A stretch of DNA of 64,000 nucleotides, from the NCBI RefSeq assembly GCF_030373445.1, contig NZ_JAUCYU010000007.1:94215-158214 (forward strand), given 5' to 3'. Every line of letters starts with the position of its first letter. Positions within the stretch are counted from its first letter, which is position 1. Positions 27,449 through 37,313 of the stretch are shown one piece after another. A program made the translations under genes and the position numbers. The notes beneath the pieces were generated by a model. That model did no database searches and had not been told where the DNA came from. It saw only the letters and a list, made by a program, of their open reading frames with translations. The stretch is from Roseovarius sp. Lineage in GTDB: Bacteria; Pseudomonadota; Alphaproteobacteria; Rhodobacterales; Rhodobacteraceae.

Positions 27449-28321
27449 CTAGCGCGCCGCGCAGACCGTGGCGCGGGCGTTCGACCAGCAGCCGCCGCTG
27501 CCGAGGCGGAAATCGTCGCCCAGCGGGGATTGCGCGTGAAGCGCGCCGGGGATTTCGTTCCACCACGCCCCGGCGCGGCCGGTGCCGTCGGGCTGCACCT
27601 CGGCGAAGTAATCGCCCAGCCCGTCCGTCCGGTTGGTGTTGATCCAGAAGCCGCCCGACCCGTCATTGGCCAGCCAGATCGGACAGCCCGAGGGCTTGTC
27701 GACAAAGACCTGCCCGTCGACCACCAGCCGGCAGCTTCCGGAGATCACCTGCGGCCCGGCCGAGGCCTGGCTCGCCGTGCCCGCCGCCGCACTGCCGGCC
27801 TCCTGCACGCAGGCATAGGTGTCCTTCGTCGCCCGGTTCGAGCCGGTCAGCGGAAAGGCCATCTCGGTCGGCCCATCGCCGGAGTCGTAGCCGAAATGCA
27901 CCGTGTCGGCATTGGCAAAGGCGTCCAGTTCCCCCCACGGCTCGCTGTTGGGCAGCCTGAGCGCGCGCCAGGTGAAGCCGTTGTGGTCGGTCACGGGCTC
28001 CATCGCATAGGTCTCTGCCGTCGCGCGATCGCCGTCGAACCACATCTGCACGTCGATCGCGAAGGGCGAGGCCGCCGAGGCGTAGCCCGAGAACCCGATC
28101 ATGGTCTCGGCCGCGTCGTGGCGGAAGAACAGCCCCTCCTCCGACCCGGTGAGGCGCATCGCCTCGCAGGCCACGACCTGGCCGCCGTTGCTCAGTTGGG
28201 TGATCTCCCAGCCATTGGCGCCACCAAAGGCCACCGCCTCCTGTGCTTTGGCCGGAAGGGTGGCCAGCCCGAGGCCACAGGCCAGGCAGGCCGCGCGCGC
28301 GGCCCATTGCATGAAACGCAT
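27449..28321 (-). CDS. Secreted hypothetical protein, two Cys-containing domains
   Basis: Signal peptide MRFMQWAARAACLACGLGLATLPAKAQE. No family recognised. GGAGA SD 7 nt upstream. Amino-acid composition is coding-like. The C-terminal ~95 aa carry 4 Cys. Confidence 0.6.
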   Translation of the reverse strand: MRFMQWAARAACLACGLGLATLPAKAQEAVAFGGANGWEITQLSNGGQVVACEAMRLTGSEEGLFFRHDAAETMIGFSGYASAASPFAIDVQMWFDGDRATAETYAMEPVTDHNGFTWRALRLPNSEPWGELDAFANADTVHFGYDSGDGPTEMAFPLTGSNRATKDTYACVQEAGSAAAGTASQASAGPQVISGSCRLVVDGQVFVDKPSGCPIWLANDGSGGFWINTNRTDGLGDYFAEVQPDGTGRAGAWWNEIPGALHAQSPLGDDFRLGSGGCWSNARATVCAAR

Positions 28322-28682
28322 TGAAATGTCTCCGGATGTCTCGAAATGTCAGGGTCCCGATGCCGGCCTTCGGCGGAAATGTCCGAATTGCCCCACCGGC
28401 CCGTTCACCCTTGCGCGGCGCCGGTGTCCGGATCAAGAACTTCCCGCATTGCGAACAGGCGATTCCGCACGCCCCCCCCGCTTGACACGCTCCGCCCCCG
28501 CTTCTTCTTGGCAAAGGGCTCCGCCCGTTCGCGGGCGAAACGCTCCGCCGGAGCGTTTCCGGGAGGCCCGCTCACCCCCCGCCGGGGGCGTCCCGCCCCC
28601 GCCGTCAGCGCCACGCCAACTGGCATGGACGCAGGGTTTTTTCCAAGTTATAGCACCCCGGATAAACACAAGGAGCGCCCGG

Positions 28683-29309
28683 ATGGCCGAGCCCGAGCAG
28701 CCGCAGATCTATCTCATCACCCCGCCCGAGATCGAGCTCAGCCGGTTTCCCGACACGCTCGCCCGCGTGCTCGACGCGCAGGAGGTGGCATGTATCCGCC
28801 TCGCCCTCTCGACCCATGACGAGACCCAGCTTTCCCACGCCGCCGATGCCTGCCGCGAGGTGGCGCATGCCCGGGATATCGCCATCGTCATCAACACCCA
28901 TTTCATCCTGGCCGAGCGGCTGGGTCTCGACGGGGTGCACCTGACCGATGGCGCGCGCCAGATCCGCACCGCCCGCAAGGCGCTGGGCGCCGACGCGGTG
29001 GTGGGTGCCTTCTGCGGCACCTCGCGCCATGACGGGATGACCGCGGGCGAAGCGGGTGCCGATTACGTCAGCTTCGGCCCGGCGGGCGATACCGTGCTGG
29101 GCGACGGGTCGCGGGCGGAATTCGAAGTGTTCGAATGGTGGTCGCAGATGATCGAGGTGCCGGTGGTGGCCGAAGGGGCGCTCGACGAGGATCTGATCCG
29201 CCGCCTCGCCCCGGTGACCGACTTCTTCGGCATCGGCACCGAAATCTGGGGCGCCGAGGACCCGGCCGCCGAACTGGGCCGGCTGGTCGCGGCGATGGGC
29301 GACGTGTGA
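28683..29309 (+). CDS. Thiamine-phosphate synthase family protein (ThiE/TenI-like)
   Basis: ATG 28683. IYLITPP, ACIRLAL, VIINTHFILAERLGLDGVHL, GAFCGTSRHDGMTAGEAGADYVSFGP and PVVAEGAL. Confidence 0.7.
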   Translation: MAEPEQPQIYLITPPEIELSRFPDTLARVLDAQEVACIRLALSTHDETQLSHAADACREVAHARDIAIVINTHFILAERLGLDGVHLTDGARQIRTARKALGADAVVGAFCGTSRHDGMTAGEAGADYVSFGPAGDTVLGDGSRAEFEVFEWWSQMIEVPVVAEGALDEDLIRRLAPVTDFFGIGTEIWGAEDPAAELGRLVAAMGDV

Positions 29310-29318
29310 CGGTCGCTG

Positions 29319-29361
29319 GCACCGACGTTATACCGACAAAATACCGACGTGATACCGACGT
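29319..29361 (-). repeat. Tandem direct repeat, 11 bp x 4 (CGTCGGTATnn on the minus strand), copy 2
   Basis: On the plus strand, ATACCGAC units start at 29330, 29341 and 29352, with a degenerate GCACCGAC at 29319. This is the same unit, number and phase as 9390-9433, and the flanking TGCA(G/A) is also shared. Confidence 0.9.
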
Positions 29362-29377
29362 TGCGTTTGCAGCGTTT

Positions 29378-30235
29378 TCAAGGGGTTGGCCGCGCCTCAC
29401 CGCCCGCCACCTGCCGCTCTGTCGGCATGCCGGAGCGAACGACCCCCTCCACATGCGCCGCCAGCGCCTTGCGGCTGGCAAAATCGGCAACCTTTACAGG
29501 GGTATGGTAGACGACCTTCACCCTGCCATTCCGCCGTGCCGCCAGCAGTTTCAGCGCGTGAGAGCCGAAATCCATATCCCCCCACCAGCCGTAAAAGCGC
29601 GGGTCTTCCCCCCCGGGCGCATGATAGATCACCGTCACCGGCTGGATATGCAGTTCGTCGCGCAGATTCTCATTGAAGAACGCCTGGAACAGCGTTGATT
29701 TGAAAGGCAGAACCCGGAACCCGTCGGTTGACGTGCCTTCCGGGAAAAACAGCAGCTTGTGCCCCGCCAGAAGCCGTTCCTCGAACACCTGCTGCTGCGC
29801 CTTCGCAGCCCGCGGATCGCGGGTGATGAACACCGTCCCGGTGATCTTCGCCAGGAACCCGATGCCCGGCCAGCCCGCCACCTCGGCCTTCGACACGAAG
29901 TAGACCCGCTTCCGCGCATTGAGCGAGAAAATATCGAGCCATGACGCATGGTTGGCCACCACCGCGCCGCGCTCCGCCATCCGCTCGCCCACCGCCTCGT
30001 GCCGCATGCCCAGCACGAAAAACGCCGTCCGGCAGACCGCCTGCGTGATGAACGGCGTCCACGGCCGGTGCAGCCCGTAAAGCGGCCGCTCGACCAGACG
30101 CAGCGCCATCATCGCCACCACGCCCAGCAGCAGCACCGCCACCAGCACCACCCCGCGCAGCCCGGCCCGAAGCCACCCCATTGCCGTGATCCTGTGGGGC
30201 GGCGCGGGCTCCTCGGGCGACCAGGTGAAGCTCAC
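29378..30235 (-). CDS. olsA: Lyso-ornithine-lipid O-acyltransferase / 1-acylglycerol-3-phosphate acyltransferase family (OlsA-like)
   Basis: HX4D motif as NHASWLDI. FPEGTSTDG motif. Translationally coupled downstream of the olsB-like gene. Confidence 0.75.
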   Translation of the reverse strand: MSFTWSPEEPAPPHRITAMGWLRAGLRGVVLVAVLLLGVVAMMALRLVERPLYGLHRPWTPFITQAVCRTAFFVLGMRHEAVGERMAERGAVVANHASWLDIFSLNARKRVYFVSKAEVAGWPGIGFLAKITGTVFITRDPRAAKAQQQVFEERLLAGHKLLFFPEGTSTDGFRVLPFKSTLFQAFFNENLRDELHIQPVTVIYHAPGGEDPRFYGWWGDMDFGSHALKLLAARRNGRVKVVYHTPVKVADFASRKALAAHVEGVVRSGMPTERQVAGGEARPTP

Positions 30236-30999
30236 GCCGTAATGCCCTTGGAGTAAATGTTTTTCTGCGTTTGGCTCAACCGCTCGGTATCCATCACCAG
30301 GCAGATATCGGTGGTGTTGAACGCGTGGTCGATGAACGCCCCGTCGCCCACGTAGCCCCCCAGCCGCAGGTAGGCCTTGATCAGCGCCGGCACCTGCAGC
30401 ATCGCCGCGCGCCGGTCGATCCGGTCCTCGGGCAGCAGGTTCATGGCCTGATAATGCGCCGCCTGTGTCCGGACGCGCAGCGCCTCGGGCGCGAGGTGGC
30501 GGTGATGGAGCATCGACAGCGGCTGGGACAGCGCCTCGATGTCGGTGCCATGGAAACTGGCCACACCGAAGAGGATTTCTATCTCGTTTTCCGTGACATA
30601 GCGCGCCAGCCCGTTCCAGAGGTGATACATCGCGGCCCCCCCGCGATAGGACGGCGCCAGGCAGGAGCGGCCCAGCTCCATCAGCCGCCGGCCGCTCTGT
30701 TTCAAGGGCGTCAGGTCATATTCGTCCTCGGAATAGAACTGCCCCACGGCGCGCGCCTGGTCGTCGCGCAGCACGCGGTAGACGCCCACCACGTCGCCGC
30801 CGCGGGTGTCGTCGGTCAGGATGATATGGTCGAAATAGGGGTCGAAGCGGTCCCGCTCCAGCCGCGCGTCATGGTCGACCAGCGGCCCATCGCCGCCCAG
30901 CTCCTCGACGAACACCTCGTAGCGCAGGCGCTGCGCGGCCCTCAGATCCTCCTCCGAGCCCGCCAGCCTGACGCTGAACTGTTCCTGGCTCACGCCCAT
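30232..30999 (-). CDS. olsB: Ornithine-acyl-ACP N-acyltransferase (OlsB, GNAT-like)
   Basis: ATG 30999. LRAAQRLRYEVFVEELGG...DRFDPYFDHIIL..., LMELGRSCLAPSYRGG and LRLGGYVGDGAFIDHAFNTTDICLVM. Confidence 0.8.
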   Translation of the reverse strand: MGVSQEQFSVRLAGSEEDLRAAQRLRYEVFVEELGGDGPLVDHDARLERDRFDPYFDHIILTDDTRGGDVVGVYRVLRDDQARAVGQFYSEDEYDLTPLKQSGRRLMELGRSCLAPSYRGGAAMYHLWNGLARYVTENEIEILFGVASFHGTDIEALSQPLSMLHHRHLAPEALRVRTQAAHYQAMNLLPEDRIDRRAAMLQVPALIKAYLRLGGYVGDGAFIDHAFNTTDICLVMDTERLSQTQKNIYSKGITA

Positions 31000-31119
31000 T
31001 GCTGCCCTCGCGCCAATGTTTGCCGCGGTTTTATGGCGCGACGGCCACGAAAGCAACGGCACTTGGCACATGCGCGCCCATGACCACTTCCGGGTGCCTT
31101 AACTTTTCCGTAACCTCTT

Positions 31120-31317
31120 TCATGTTTTGATCACCGGGATCAATTCGACACGGGAGCCATCGATCACGACCTTGCCAACTTCCTGGAAATTCACGGTGAT
31201 GCGGCCGCCGATATTCGACTGCACCTGCCCGGTGCCCCAGTCGGGTTGATGCGGATGTTCGACCAACATGCCCGGTTCCAGGAAACTGTTAAGATCTGAC
31301 ATGCGATTTCCAGCCAT
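31120..31317 (-). CDS. DUF3553-domain small protein
   Basis: LEPGMLVEHPHQPDWGTGQVQSNIGGRITVNFQEVGKVVIDGSRVEL matches the DUF3553 pattern. The start may be 31302 (MSDLN). Confidence 0.7.
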   Translation of the reverse strand: MAGNRMSDLNSFLEPGMLVEHPHQPDWGTGQVQSNIGGRITVNFQEVGKVVIDGSRVELIPVIKT

Positions 31318-31331
31318 TTCGGAGGAGCCAA

Positions 31332-31931
31332 TTGCCCCATCCTAGCGACAAGATCGCCTCTCTCATAGGGTCTCGCATCTGCCACGACCTGATCAGCCCG
31401 GTGGGTGCCGTGGCCAACGGGCTGGAACTGCTCGAACTCTCCGGCCTGCCGAAAAGCCCGGAATTCTCCCTGGTTGCGGAGAGCGCCGGCCATGCCTCGG
31501 CCCGGATCCAGTATTTCCGGCTGGCCTTCGGCGATGCCGAGCCGGGACAGGTGGTTTCGGGGCACGCCGTGGCGGAGATCCTTGGCGCCGTGTACGAGGC
31601 GGGACGGGTCGTGATCGACTGGCAGGCGCGCGGCGATTTCGCCCGGCCCGACATCAAGGCGGTGCTGCTGGCGCTGATGTGCGTGGAACAGGCGCTGGTG
31701 GCCGGCGGGCGGATCGTGGTTGCCCGCGACGGCCCACGCTGGCACATCCGGGCCGAGGCGGACCGGCTTTCGCCCGACCCGGCGCTATGGGACCTGTTGC
31801 GCGGCGCGCCGGGCCCGGAGGCGATTCCGCCGGCAGCCGTGCAGTTCCTGCTGCTGCCGCATGTCCTGGGCGAAAGAAACGCGAGGATCGACTTCCAAGC
31901 CACGCATTTCAATGTAGAAATCCGCTTCTAG
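31332..31931 (+). CDS. chpT: Histidine phosphotransferase ChpT (CckA-ChpT-CtrA relay)
   Basis: TTG start 4 nt after [35 protein letters not shown] (phospho-His motif) and [10 protein letters not shown]. Confidence 0.8.
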   Translation: MPHPSDKIASLIGSRICHDLISPVGAVANGLELLELSGLPKSPEFSLVAESAGHASARIQYFRLAFGDAEPGQVVSGHAVAEILGAVYEAGRVVIDWQARGDFARPDIKAVLLALMCVEQALVAGGRIVVARDGPRWHIRAEADRLSPDPALWDLLRGAPGPEAIPPAAVQFLLLPHVLGERNARIDFQATHFNVEIRF

Positions 31932-33193
31932 GCCCGGGTCGCGCCGTCGCCCTCGACCAGGTACTTGAAGCTGGTGAGCTGGGCCGCACCCACCGGGCCA
32001 CGGGCATGCATCTTGCCGGTGGCGATGCCGATCTCGGCGCCCATCCCGAACTCTCCGCCATCGGCGAACTGCGTCGAGGCGTTGCGCATCAGGATGGCGC
32101 TGTCGAGCTCGGCGAAGAACTTTTCGGCGGCTTTGTCATCCTCGGTGATGATGCAGTCGGTGTGCTGGGAATGGTACTGCCGGATATGGGCGATGGCGCC
32201 GTCGATATCCTCGACCATCTTCGCGGCAATGATGCTGTCGAGGTACTCGCGGCCCCAATCCTCGTCACTGGCCGCCTGGGTGCCGGCAATGACCTGCAGC
32301 GCGGCATCGGCCCGCACCTCGACACCGGCGTCTATCAGCGCCCGGACCAGGCCCTGCCCGATCGTGTCGGCCACCTTGCGGTGGATGAGCAGGCACTCGG
32401 CCGCACCGCAGATGCCGGTGCGGCGGGTCTTGGCGTTCATCACCACGCGCAGCGCCTTCTCGGGGTCGGCGTCCTTGTCGATATAGATATGCACGATGCC
32501 CTCGAGATGGGCGAAGACCGGCACGCGCGCCTCGCGCTGGACGAGGCCGACAAGGCCCTTGCCGCCGCGCGGGACGATCACGTCGATCGTGCCGGTCATG
32601 GTCAGCATCTCCTTCACCGCCGCCCGGTCGCGGGTGGGGACAAGCTGGATCGCGTCCTCGGGCAGGCCCGCCGCGCGCAAGCCTTCCACCAGCGCCGCGT
32701 GGATCGCCGCCGAGGAGTGGAAGCTTTCCGACCCGCCCCGCAGGATCACGGCATTGCCCGACTTCAGGCAGAGCGCCCCGGCATCGGCGGTGACATTGGG
32801 CCGGCTCTCGTAGATCACCCCGATCACCCCCAGCGGCGTGCGCACCCGGCGGATATGCAGGCCCGAGGGCATGTCCCATTCCGCCAGCACCTCGCCGACC
32901 GGATCGTCCTGCGCGGCCACGGCGCGCAGGCCGTCGCACATGGATTTCACCCGGTCCTCGTTGAGCAGGAGCCGGTCCATCATCGCGTCTGACAGGCCCT
33001 TTTCGCGGCCATAGTCGAGGTCCTTGCCGTTGGCGGCGATCACGTCGGCACGGGCGGCCCAGAGCGCATCGGCGGCGGCTTCGAGCGCCTTTCGCTTGGT
33101 CCCGGGTTTCGCGGTGGCCAGTTGCGCCGCGGCGGCCTTGGCACGGTCGCCGATCTCGGCCATCAGGGCGGGGATGTTGTCGAGGTCTTTCAT
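31928..33193 (-). CDS. proA: Gamma-glutamyl phosphate reductase
   Basis: 421 aa. [46 protein letters not shown] and [13 protein letters not shown]. Confidence 0.95.
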   Translation of the reverse strand: MKDLDNIPALMAEIGDRAKAAAAQLATAKPGTKRKALEAAADALWAARADVIAANGKDLDYGREKGLSDAMMDRLLLNEDRVKSMCDGLRAVAAQDDPVGEVLAEWDMPSGLHIRRVRTPLGVIGVIYESRPNVTADAGALCLKSGNAVILRGGSESFHSSAAIHAALVEGLRAAGLPEDAIQLVPTRDRAAVKEMLTMTGTIDVIVPRGGKGLVGLVQREARVPVFAHLEGIVHIYIDKDADPEKALRVVMNAKTRRTGICGAAECLLIHRKVADTIGQGLVRALIDAGVEVRADAALQVIAGTQAASDEDWGREYLDSIIAAKMVEDIDGAIAHIRQYHSQHTDCIITEDDKAAEKFFAELDSAILMRNASTQFADGGEFGMGAEIGIATGKMHARGPVGAAQLTSFKYLVEGDGATRA

Positions 33194-33240
33194 GGTCAGC
33201 GGTCCTTCGCGGGTCGGCGGGAGCGTAGCATCAAAGGCGG

Positions 33241-34347
33241 TCAGAACGCCATATCGTCGCGGTGGATGAGCGGCCCGCGCGCCGGGTAGCCGAGTTTTGG
33301 CTCGATATCCTGTGTTTTCAGGCCCTTGATCAACGCGGTATCGCGCGCATCGTAGCGGGTAAGTCCCTGGCCCAGTTTGCGGCCGGTGGTGTCGGCCACC
33401 TCGACAGGGTCGCCGCGCCCGAAACGGCCGGTGACGGCGGTGACGCCGGCGGGCAGAAGGCTGCTGCCGCCCTGAAGCGCACGGGCCGCGCCGTCATCGA
33501 CGGTGATGCGGCCCTTGGGTTTCATCGCGGCGATCCACGCCTTGCGCTTTTGCTGCGGGTCACCCTGGGCGGTGAACCAGGTGGCAGGGGCGCCTTTTTC
33601 CAGCGCGGACAAGGGGTTGAGGACCGATCCCTCGGTGATCGCCATGTCGCAGCCGGCCGCTGTCGCGGTGCGGGCGGCCATAAGCTTGGTCTTCATGCCG
33701 CCCTTCGAGAGGCCCGAGCCGGCATCGCCCGCCATCGCCTCGATCTCGGGCGTGATCTCGGAGATGACGTCGAAACGCTTGGCCGCCGGGTCTTGCGTGG
33801 GATTGCCGGAATAGAACCCGTCGACGTCGCTGAGCAGGATGAGCTGATCGGCGCCTGCCGTCACCGCCACCTGGGCGGCCATGCGGTCATTGTCGCCATA
33901 GCGTATCTCGTCGGTGGCGACGGTGTCGTTCTCGTTGACGATGGGCACGGCGCCCAGCTTGAGGAGCTGTTCCAGCGTGGCGCGGGAGTTGAGGTAGCGG
34001 CGGCGGTCGGCGCTGTCCTCCAGCGTCACCAGCACCTGCGCGGCGCGCAGGCCGTGTTCGGAGAGCGCCCGGTCATAGGCATGGGCGAGCTGGATCTGGC
34101 CCACGGCGGCGGCAGCCTGGGATTGTTCCAGCGTGAGTTCCGTCATCGGCAGGCCCAGGGCGCCCCGCCCCAGCGCGATGGAGCCGGAAGAGACGAGGAT
34201 CACGTCCGTCCCGCGCGCCCGGATGCGGGCGACGTCGGCCACCAGTGCCTTGAGCCACTCGGCGCGCAACTGCCCACTGCCACGGTCCACCAGCAGGGCC
34301 GAGCCGATCTTGACGACGATGCGCCTGGCGTCGCTCAGGGTTGCCAC
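33241..34347 (-). CDS. proB: Glutamate 5-kinase
   Basis: [44 protein letters not shown] and a C-terminal PUA region. Confidence 0.95.
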   Translation of the reverse strand: MATLSDARRIVVKIGSALLVDRGSGQLRAEWLKALVADVARIRARGTDVILVSSGSIALGRGALGLPMTELTLEQSQAAAAVGQIQLAHAYDRALSEHGLRAAQVLVTLEDSADRRRYLNSRATLEQLLKLGAVPIVNENDTVATDEIRYGDNDRMAAQVAVTAGADQLILLSDVDGFYSGNPTQDPAAKRFDVISEITPEIEAMAGDAGSGLSKGGMKTKLMAARTATAAGCDMAITEGSVLNPLSALEKGAPATWFTAQGDPQQKRKAWIAAMKPKGRITVDDGAARALQGGSSLLPAGVTAVTGRFGRGDPVEVADTTGRKLGQGLTRYDARDTALIKGLKTQDIEPKLGYPARGPLIHRDDMAF

Positions 34348-35372
34348 GGCTCGGGCTCTTCGTCCTTGGCCTTCTCGCGCAGGCGGCCATCGTCGATCTG
34401 GGCCCGGAGCGCGCGGAGCACCTCCGTCACCCCTTCGCGCGAGACGCCCGACATCAGCATGACGTTTTCCGCGCCCGCGGCCTGCACCTCGTCGCGCAGG
34501 AAGGCGCGTTCCTCGTCGTCGAGCGCGTCGATCTTGTTGAGCACCGTCACCCGCGGCTTGTCGGCCAGCGCCTCGCCGTAGGCCTCCAACTCGTTGATGA
34601 TGGTGTGATAATCCTCGACCAGCGTGCCCGAGGTGCCGTCGACCAGGTGGAGCAGCACGGCGCAGCGCTCGACATGGCCGAGGAACAGGTCGCCCAGGCC
34701 GCGGCCCTCGTGCGCGCCGTCGATCAGGCCGGGGATGTCGGCCACCACGAATTCGACCCCGTCCACCTCGACCACGCCGAGATTGGGGTGCAGCGTGGTG
34801 AAGGGGTAATCGGCGATCTTGGGCCGGGCGTTGGAGGTCGCTGCGAGGAAGGTCGACTTGCCCGCGTTGGGCAGGCCTACGAGGCCCACGTCGGCAATCA
34901 GCTTCAGCCGCAGCCAGAGCGTGCGCTCGACCCCGTCCTGCCCCGGGTTCGAGCGGCGCGGCGCCTGGTTGGTGGAGGTCTTGAAGCGCAGGTTGCCCCA
35001 GCCGCCATTGCCGCCATGCGCGAGCTCGATCCGCTGGCCCACGTCGGTCAGGTCGGCGATCACGGTCTCCTGGTCCTCGTCGAGGATCTCGGTGCCGACG
35101 GGGACGCGCAGCACGATATCCTCGCCATCCTTGCCGGTGCGCTGGCGGCCCATGCCGGGCTGGCCGTTATCGGCAAAGAAATGCTGCTGGTAGCGGAAGT
35201 CGATCAGCGTGTTCAGCCCGTCGACCGCCTCGGCATAGACCGAGCCGCCCTTGCCGCCATCGCCGCCATCGGGCCCGCCATATTCGACGAACTTCTCCCG
35301 CCGGAAGCTGATACAGCCGCCGCCGCCCGAACCGGACCGGATATAGACCTTTGCGAGATCGAGGAATTTCAT
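34335..35372 (-). CDS. obgE: GTPase Obg/CgtA
   Basis: [43 protein letters not shown] motifs [21 protein letters not shown] and NKID. Confidence 0.95.
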   Translation of the reverse strand: MKFLDLAKVYIRSGSGGGGCISFRREKFVEYGGPDGGDGGKGGSVYAEAVDGLNTLIDFRYQQHFFADNGQPGMGRQRTGKDGEDIVLRVPVGTEILDEDQETVIADLTDVGQRIELAHGGNGGWGNLRFKTSTNQAPRRSNPGQDGVERTLWLRLKLIADVGLVGLPNAGKSTFLAATSNARPKIADYPFTTLHPNLGVVEVDGVEFVVADIPGLIDGAHEGRGLGDLFLGHVERCAVLLHLVDGTSGTLVEDYHTIINELEAYGEALADKPRVTVLNKIDALDDEERAFLRDEVQAAGAENVMLMSGVSREGVTEVLRALRAQIDDGRLREKAKDEEPEPWQP

Positions 35373-35405
35373 GCTGTCATCCTTTAGGCAAAGGTCCGGT
35401 TTGGC

Positions 35406-35945
35406 TCAATCCATTTTCCGGCTGTAGGTCCAGGTGGGGACCTTGGCGTTTCGGGCCACCGAGAAGGTTTCGGCATCGCCCAGGTAGCTGAAGCCGTGGT
35501 TGGTGACCACGCGGGCGGAGACCGGGTTGTCCTGGAAGACCGAGGCGAAGATGGTGCGGCATTGGCAAGGGTTGGCGGCGACAAGCGCGCCCACCGCTTC
35601 GGAGGCGACACCGGTGTTCCAGAAGGCATGCGCCACCCAGTAGCCGATCTCGCACTGGCCCTCGTCGACGCGCTTCATGCCGATGGCGCCCATCACTTCC
35701 GAGCCGCCGTCGCGCGAGCCGTCAATGACCCAGACCGTTTCGGTCCGGTCGGGGGCGGTGACGCGGGTCAGGAATGCCTCGACCGTGCCGGGCGGCAGCG
35801 GGTGCGGAATGCTCGACGTGTTGCGCGCCACGCGCTCGTCGCCGGCGTAATGCGCCAGAAGCCCCGCATCCGAGGCGCGCGGCGGACGCAGGTCGAACCG
35901 GCCGGCCGCGATGGTGGGTTGGGTGTCGATCGTCTCCAGTTTCAT
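35406..35945 (-). CDS. GNAT-family N-acetyltransferase (RimJ/RimL-like)
   Basis: 179 aa. RFDLRPPRASDAGLLAHY, IGYWVAHAFWNTGVASEAVGALV and VFQDNPVSARVVTNHGF. Confidence 0.8.
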   Translation of the reverse strand: MKLETIDTQPTIAAGRFDLRPPRASDAGLLAHYAGDERVARNTSSIPHPLPPGTVEAFLTRVTAPDRTETVWVIDGSRDGGSEVMGAIGMKRVDEGQCEIGYWVAHAFWNTGVASEAVGALVAANPCQCRTIFASVFQDNPVSARVVTNHGFSYLGDAETFSVARNAKVPTWTYSRKMD

Positions 35946-36084
35946 TGCGTTTTCCTCCCAAACGCGGGGCCCGTTGCCGGGCCCGAACCGGGGATTGGCG
36001 GGCTGTGGGCTGCAATCCTCGAACGAGAAAGGGGACCGGCCCTTGCCGATCCCCCGATGTTCTCATTACACCTATTCGGTCGGC

Positions 36085-36354
36085 TTACTCTGCGGCCTCC
36101 GCCACTGGCGTGACCGAAATGAAGGTGCGGCCCTTGAGGCCCTTGTGGAACGTCACCGAGCCTTCGACGGTGGCGAAGAGGGTGTGATCCTTGCCCTGCC
36201 CCACGCCGTCGCCCGGCCAGAACTTGTTGCCGCGCTGACGCACGATGATGTTGCCGGGAATGACGGCTTCGCCGCCGTATTTCTTCACGCCAAGGCGGCG
36301 GCCGACGGAATCGCGACCGTTACGTGATGAACCGCCTGCTTTCTTGTGTGCCAT
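36085..36354 (-). CDS. rpmA: 50S ribosomal protein L27
   Basis: [48 protein letters not shown]. Confidence 0.97.
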   Translation of the reverse strand: MAHKKAGGSSRNGRDSVGRRLGVKKYGGEAVIPGNIIVRQRGNKFWPGDGVGQGKDHTLFATVEGSVTFHKGLKGRTFISVTPVAEAAE

Positions 36355-36378
36355 CTCGTTGTCTCCTATCTCGCCGGG

Positions 36379-37104
36379 TTACTTAGCCAGTTCCTTGGCT
36401 TGTTCAACCCATTCGGGTTTGACCTTGACGGCCTCGAAATTGTCCGCGTCCACCTTGGCCAGCTCGGCGTAGGTGGTGATGCCGGCCTCGTTCAGCTTCT
36501 TCGCCGCCGCCGGGCCGATGCCCGTGATGGCGGTGAGGTCGTCCGCGGCAGCCGGGGCCTCTTTCTTGGGCTCGGCTTTCTTCTCGGCCTTCGGTTCGGC
36601 CTTTTTCTCGGCCGGCTTGTCGGCTTTCTTGTCAGCCTTCTTGGCGACGCTCTTCTCGCCGGCTTCCTTGTTCTTCACGCGCTTGGCCATCTCGGCCTGG
36701 TCGGTCGCGTTGTCGGCATAGCGTTCCTTGCCCATGCCGGCAGCCAGGGCACCTGCGCCCACGGCGGCCTTGATGCCCGACTTGTCCGCGCCCTTCTCGA
36801 GGATCTCGGTCACGCGCAGCAGGGTCAGCTGCTGGCGGTGGCCCTTCGTGCGCTGCGAGCCGTGCTTGCGGCGGCGCTTGACGAAGTGGATGACCTTGTC
36901 GCCCTTGACCTGATCGACGACCTCGGCCTGAACGGCCGCGCCATCGACGAGCGGAGACCCGATCACGGGCGTGTCGCCGCCCAGCATCAGGATCTCGTTG
37001 AACTGCACCTTTTCACCGGCGTCGGCTGCAAGCTTTTCCACGCGGAGCATATCGCCCGACTGGACCTTGTATTGCTTGCCACCGGTCTTGAGGACCGCAA
37101 ACAT
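36379..37104 (-). CDS. rplU: 50S ribosomal protein L21 with ~135-aa C-terminal Lys/Ala/Glu-rich and helix-hairpin-helix extension
   Basis: ATG 37104. [25 protein letters not shown]...[31 protein letters not shown] is the L21 core. It is followed by [30 protein letters not shown] and [27 protein letters not shown]. Confidence 0.9.
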   Translation of the reverse strand: MFAVLKTGGKQYKVQSGDMLRVEKLAADAGEKVQFNEILMLGGDTPVIGSPLVDGAAVQAEVVDQVKGDKVIHFVKRRRKHGSQRTKGHRQQLTLLRVTEILEKGADKSGIKAAVGAGALAAGMGKERYADNATDQAEMAKRVKNKEAGEKSVAKKADKKADKPAEKKAEPKAEKKAEPKKEAPAAADDLTAITGIGPAAAKKLNEAGITTYAELAKVDADNFEAVKVKPEWVEQAKELAK

Positions 37105-37313
37105 GTTCGTCTTCCTTTTCAACTTCCGCGTCCTGTGGCCCCCGGTTCCGGGTGTTGCGTGGGGGTCTCTCCCCCGCCTCGGACGGCGCGCCCCATGTCG
37201 TGGGCGTAATTCCATCAACCCCGCGCGGGTCACAGACCTGCCGGGATGGGCGCTTATCGGGGGATGAGGGGGCAAAGTCAAGGGGGAAATCCGGGGTTTC
37301 CGCCCCGGATGAT

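Noticed and set aside
28322-28682. TPP riboswitch expected upstream of the thiE-like gene
   Set aside because: I looked for the conserved CTGAGA and ACCTGATCTGGATAATGCCAGCG-type cores on the plus strand and found neither. The region contains other hairpins only.
9390-29361. The two inverted 11-bp arrays as terminal inverted repeats of a 20-kb composite mobile element
   Set aside because: The interior is core metabolism and housekeeping genes (ctaA, trmJ-like, carboxypeptidase, serine-cycle genes). It has no transposase, integrase or conjugation genes and no target-site duplication that I could see. Both arrays simply sit in convergent spacers.
31099-31114. CtrA-box-like TTAACTTTTCCGTAAC (TTAA-N7-GTAA) upstream of olsB
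   Set aside because: It is a single site with one mismatch to TTAA-N7-TTAA. That is too low in information to call without comparative or ChIP data.
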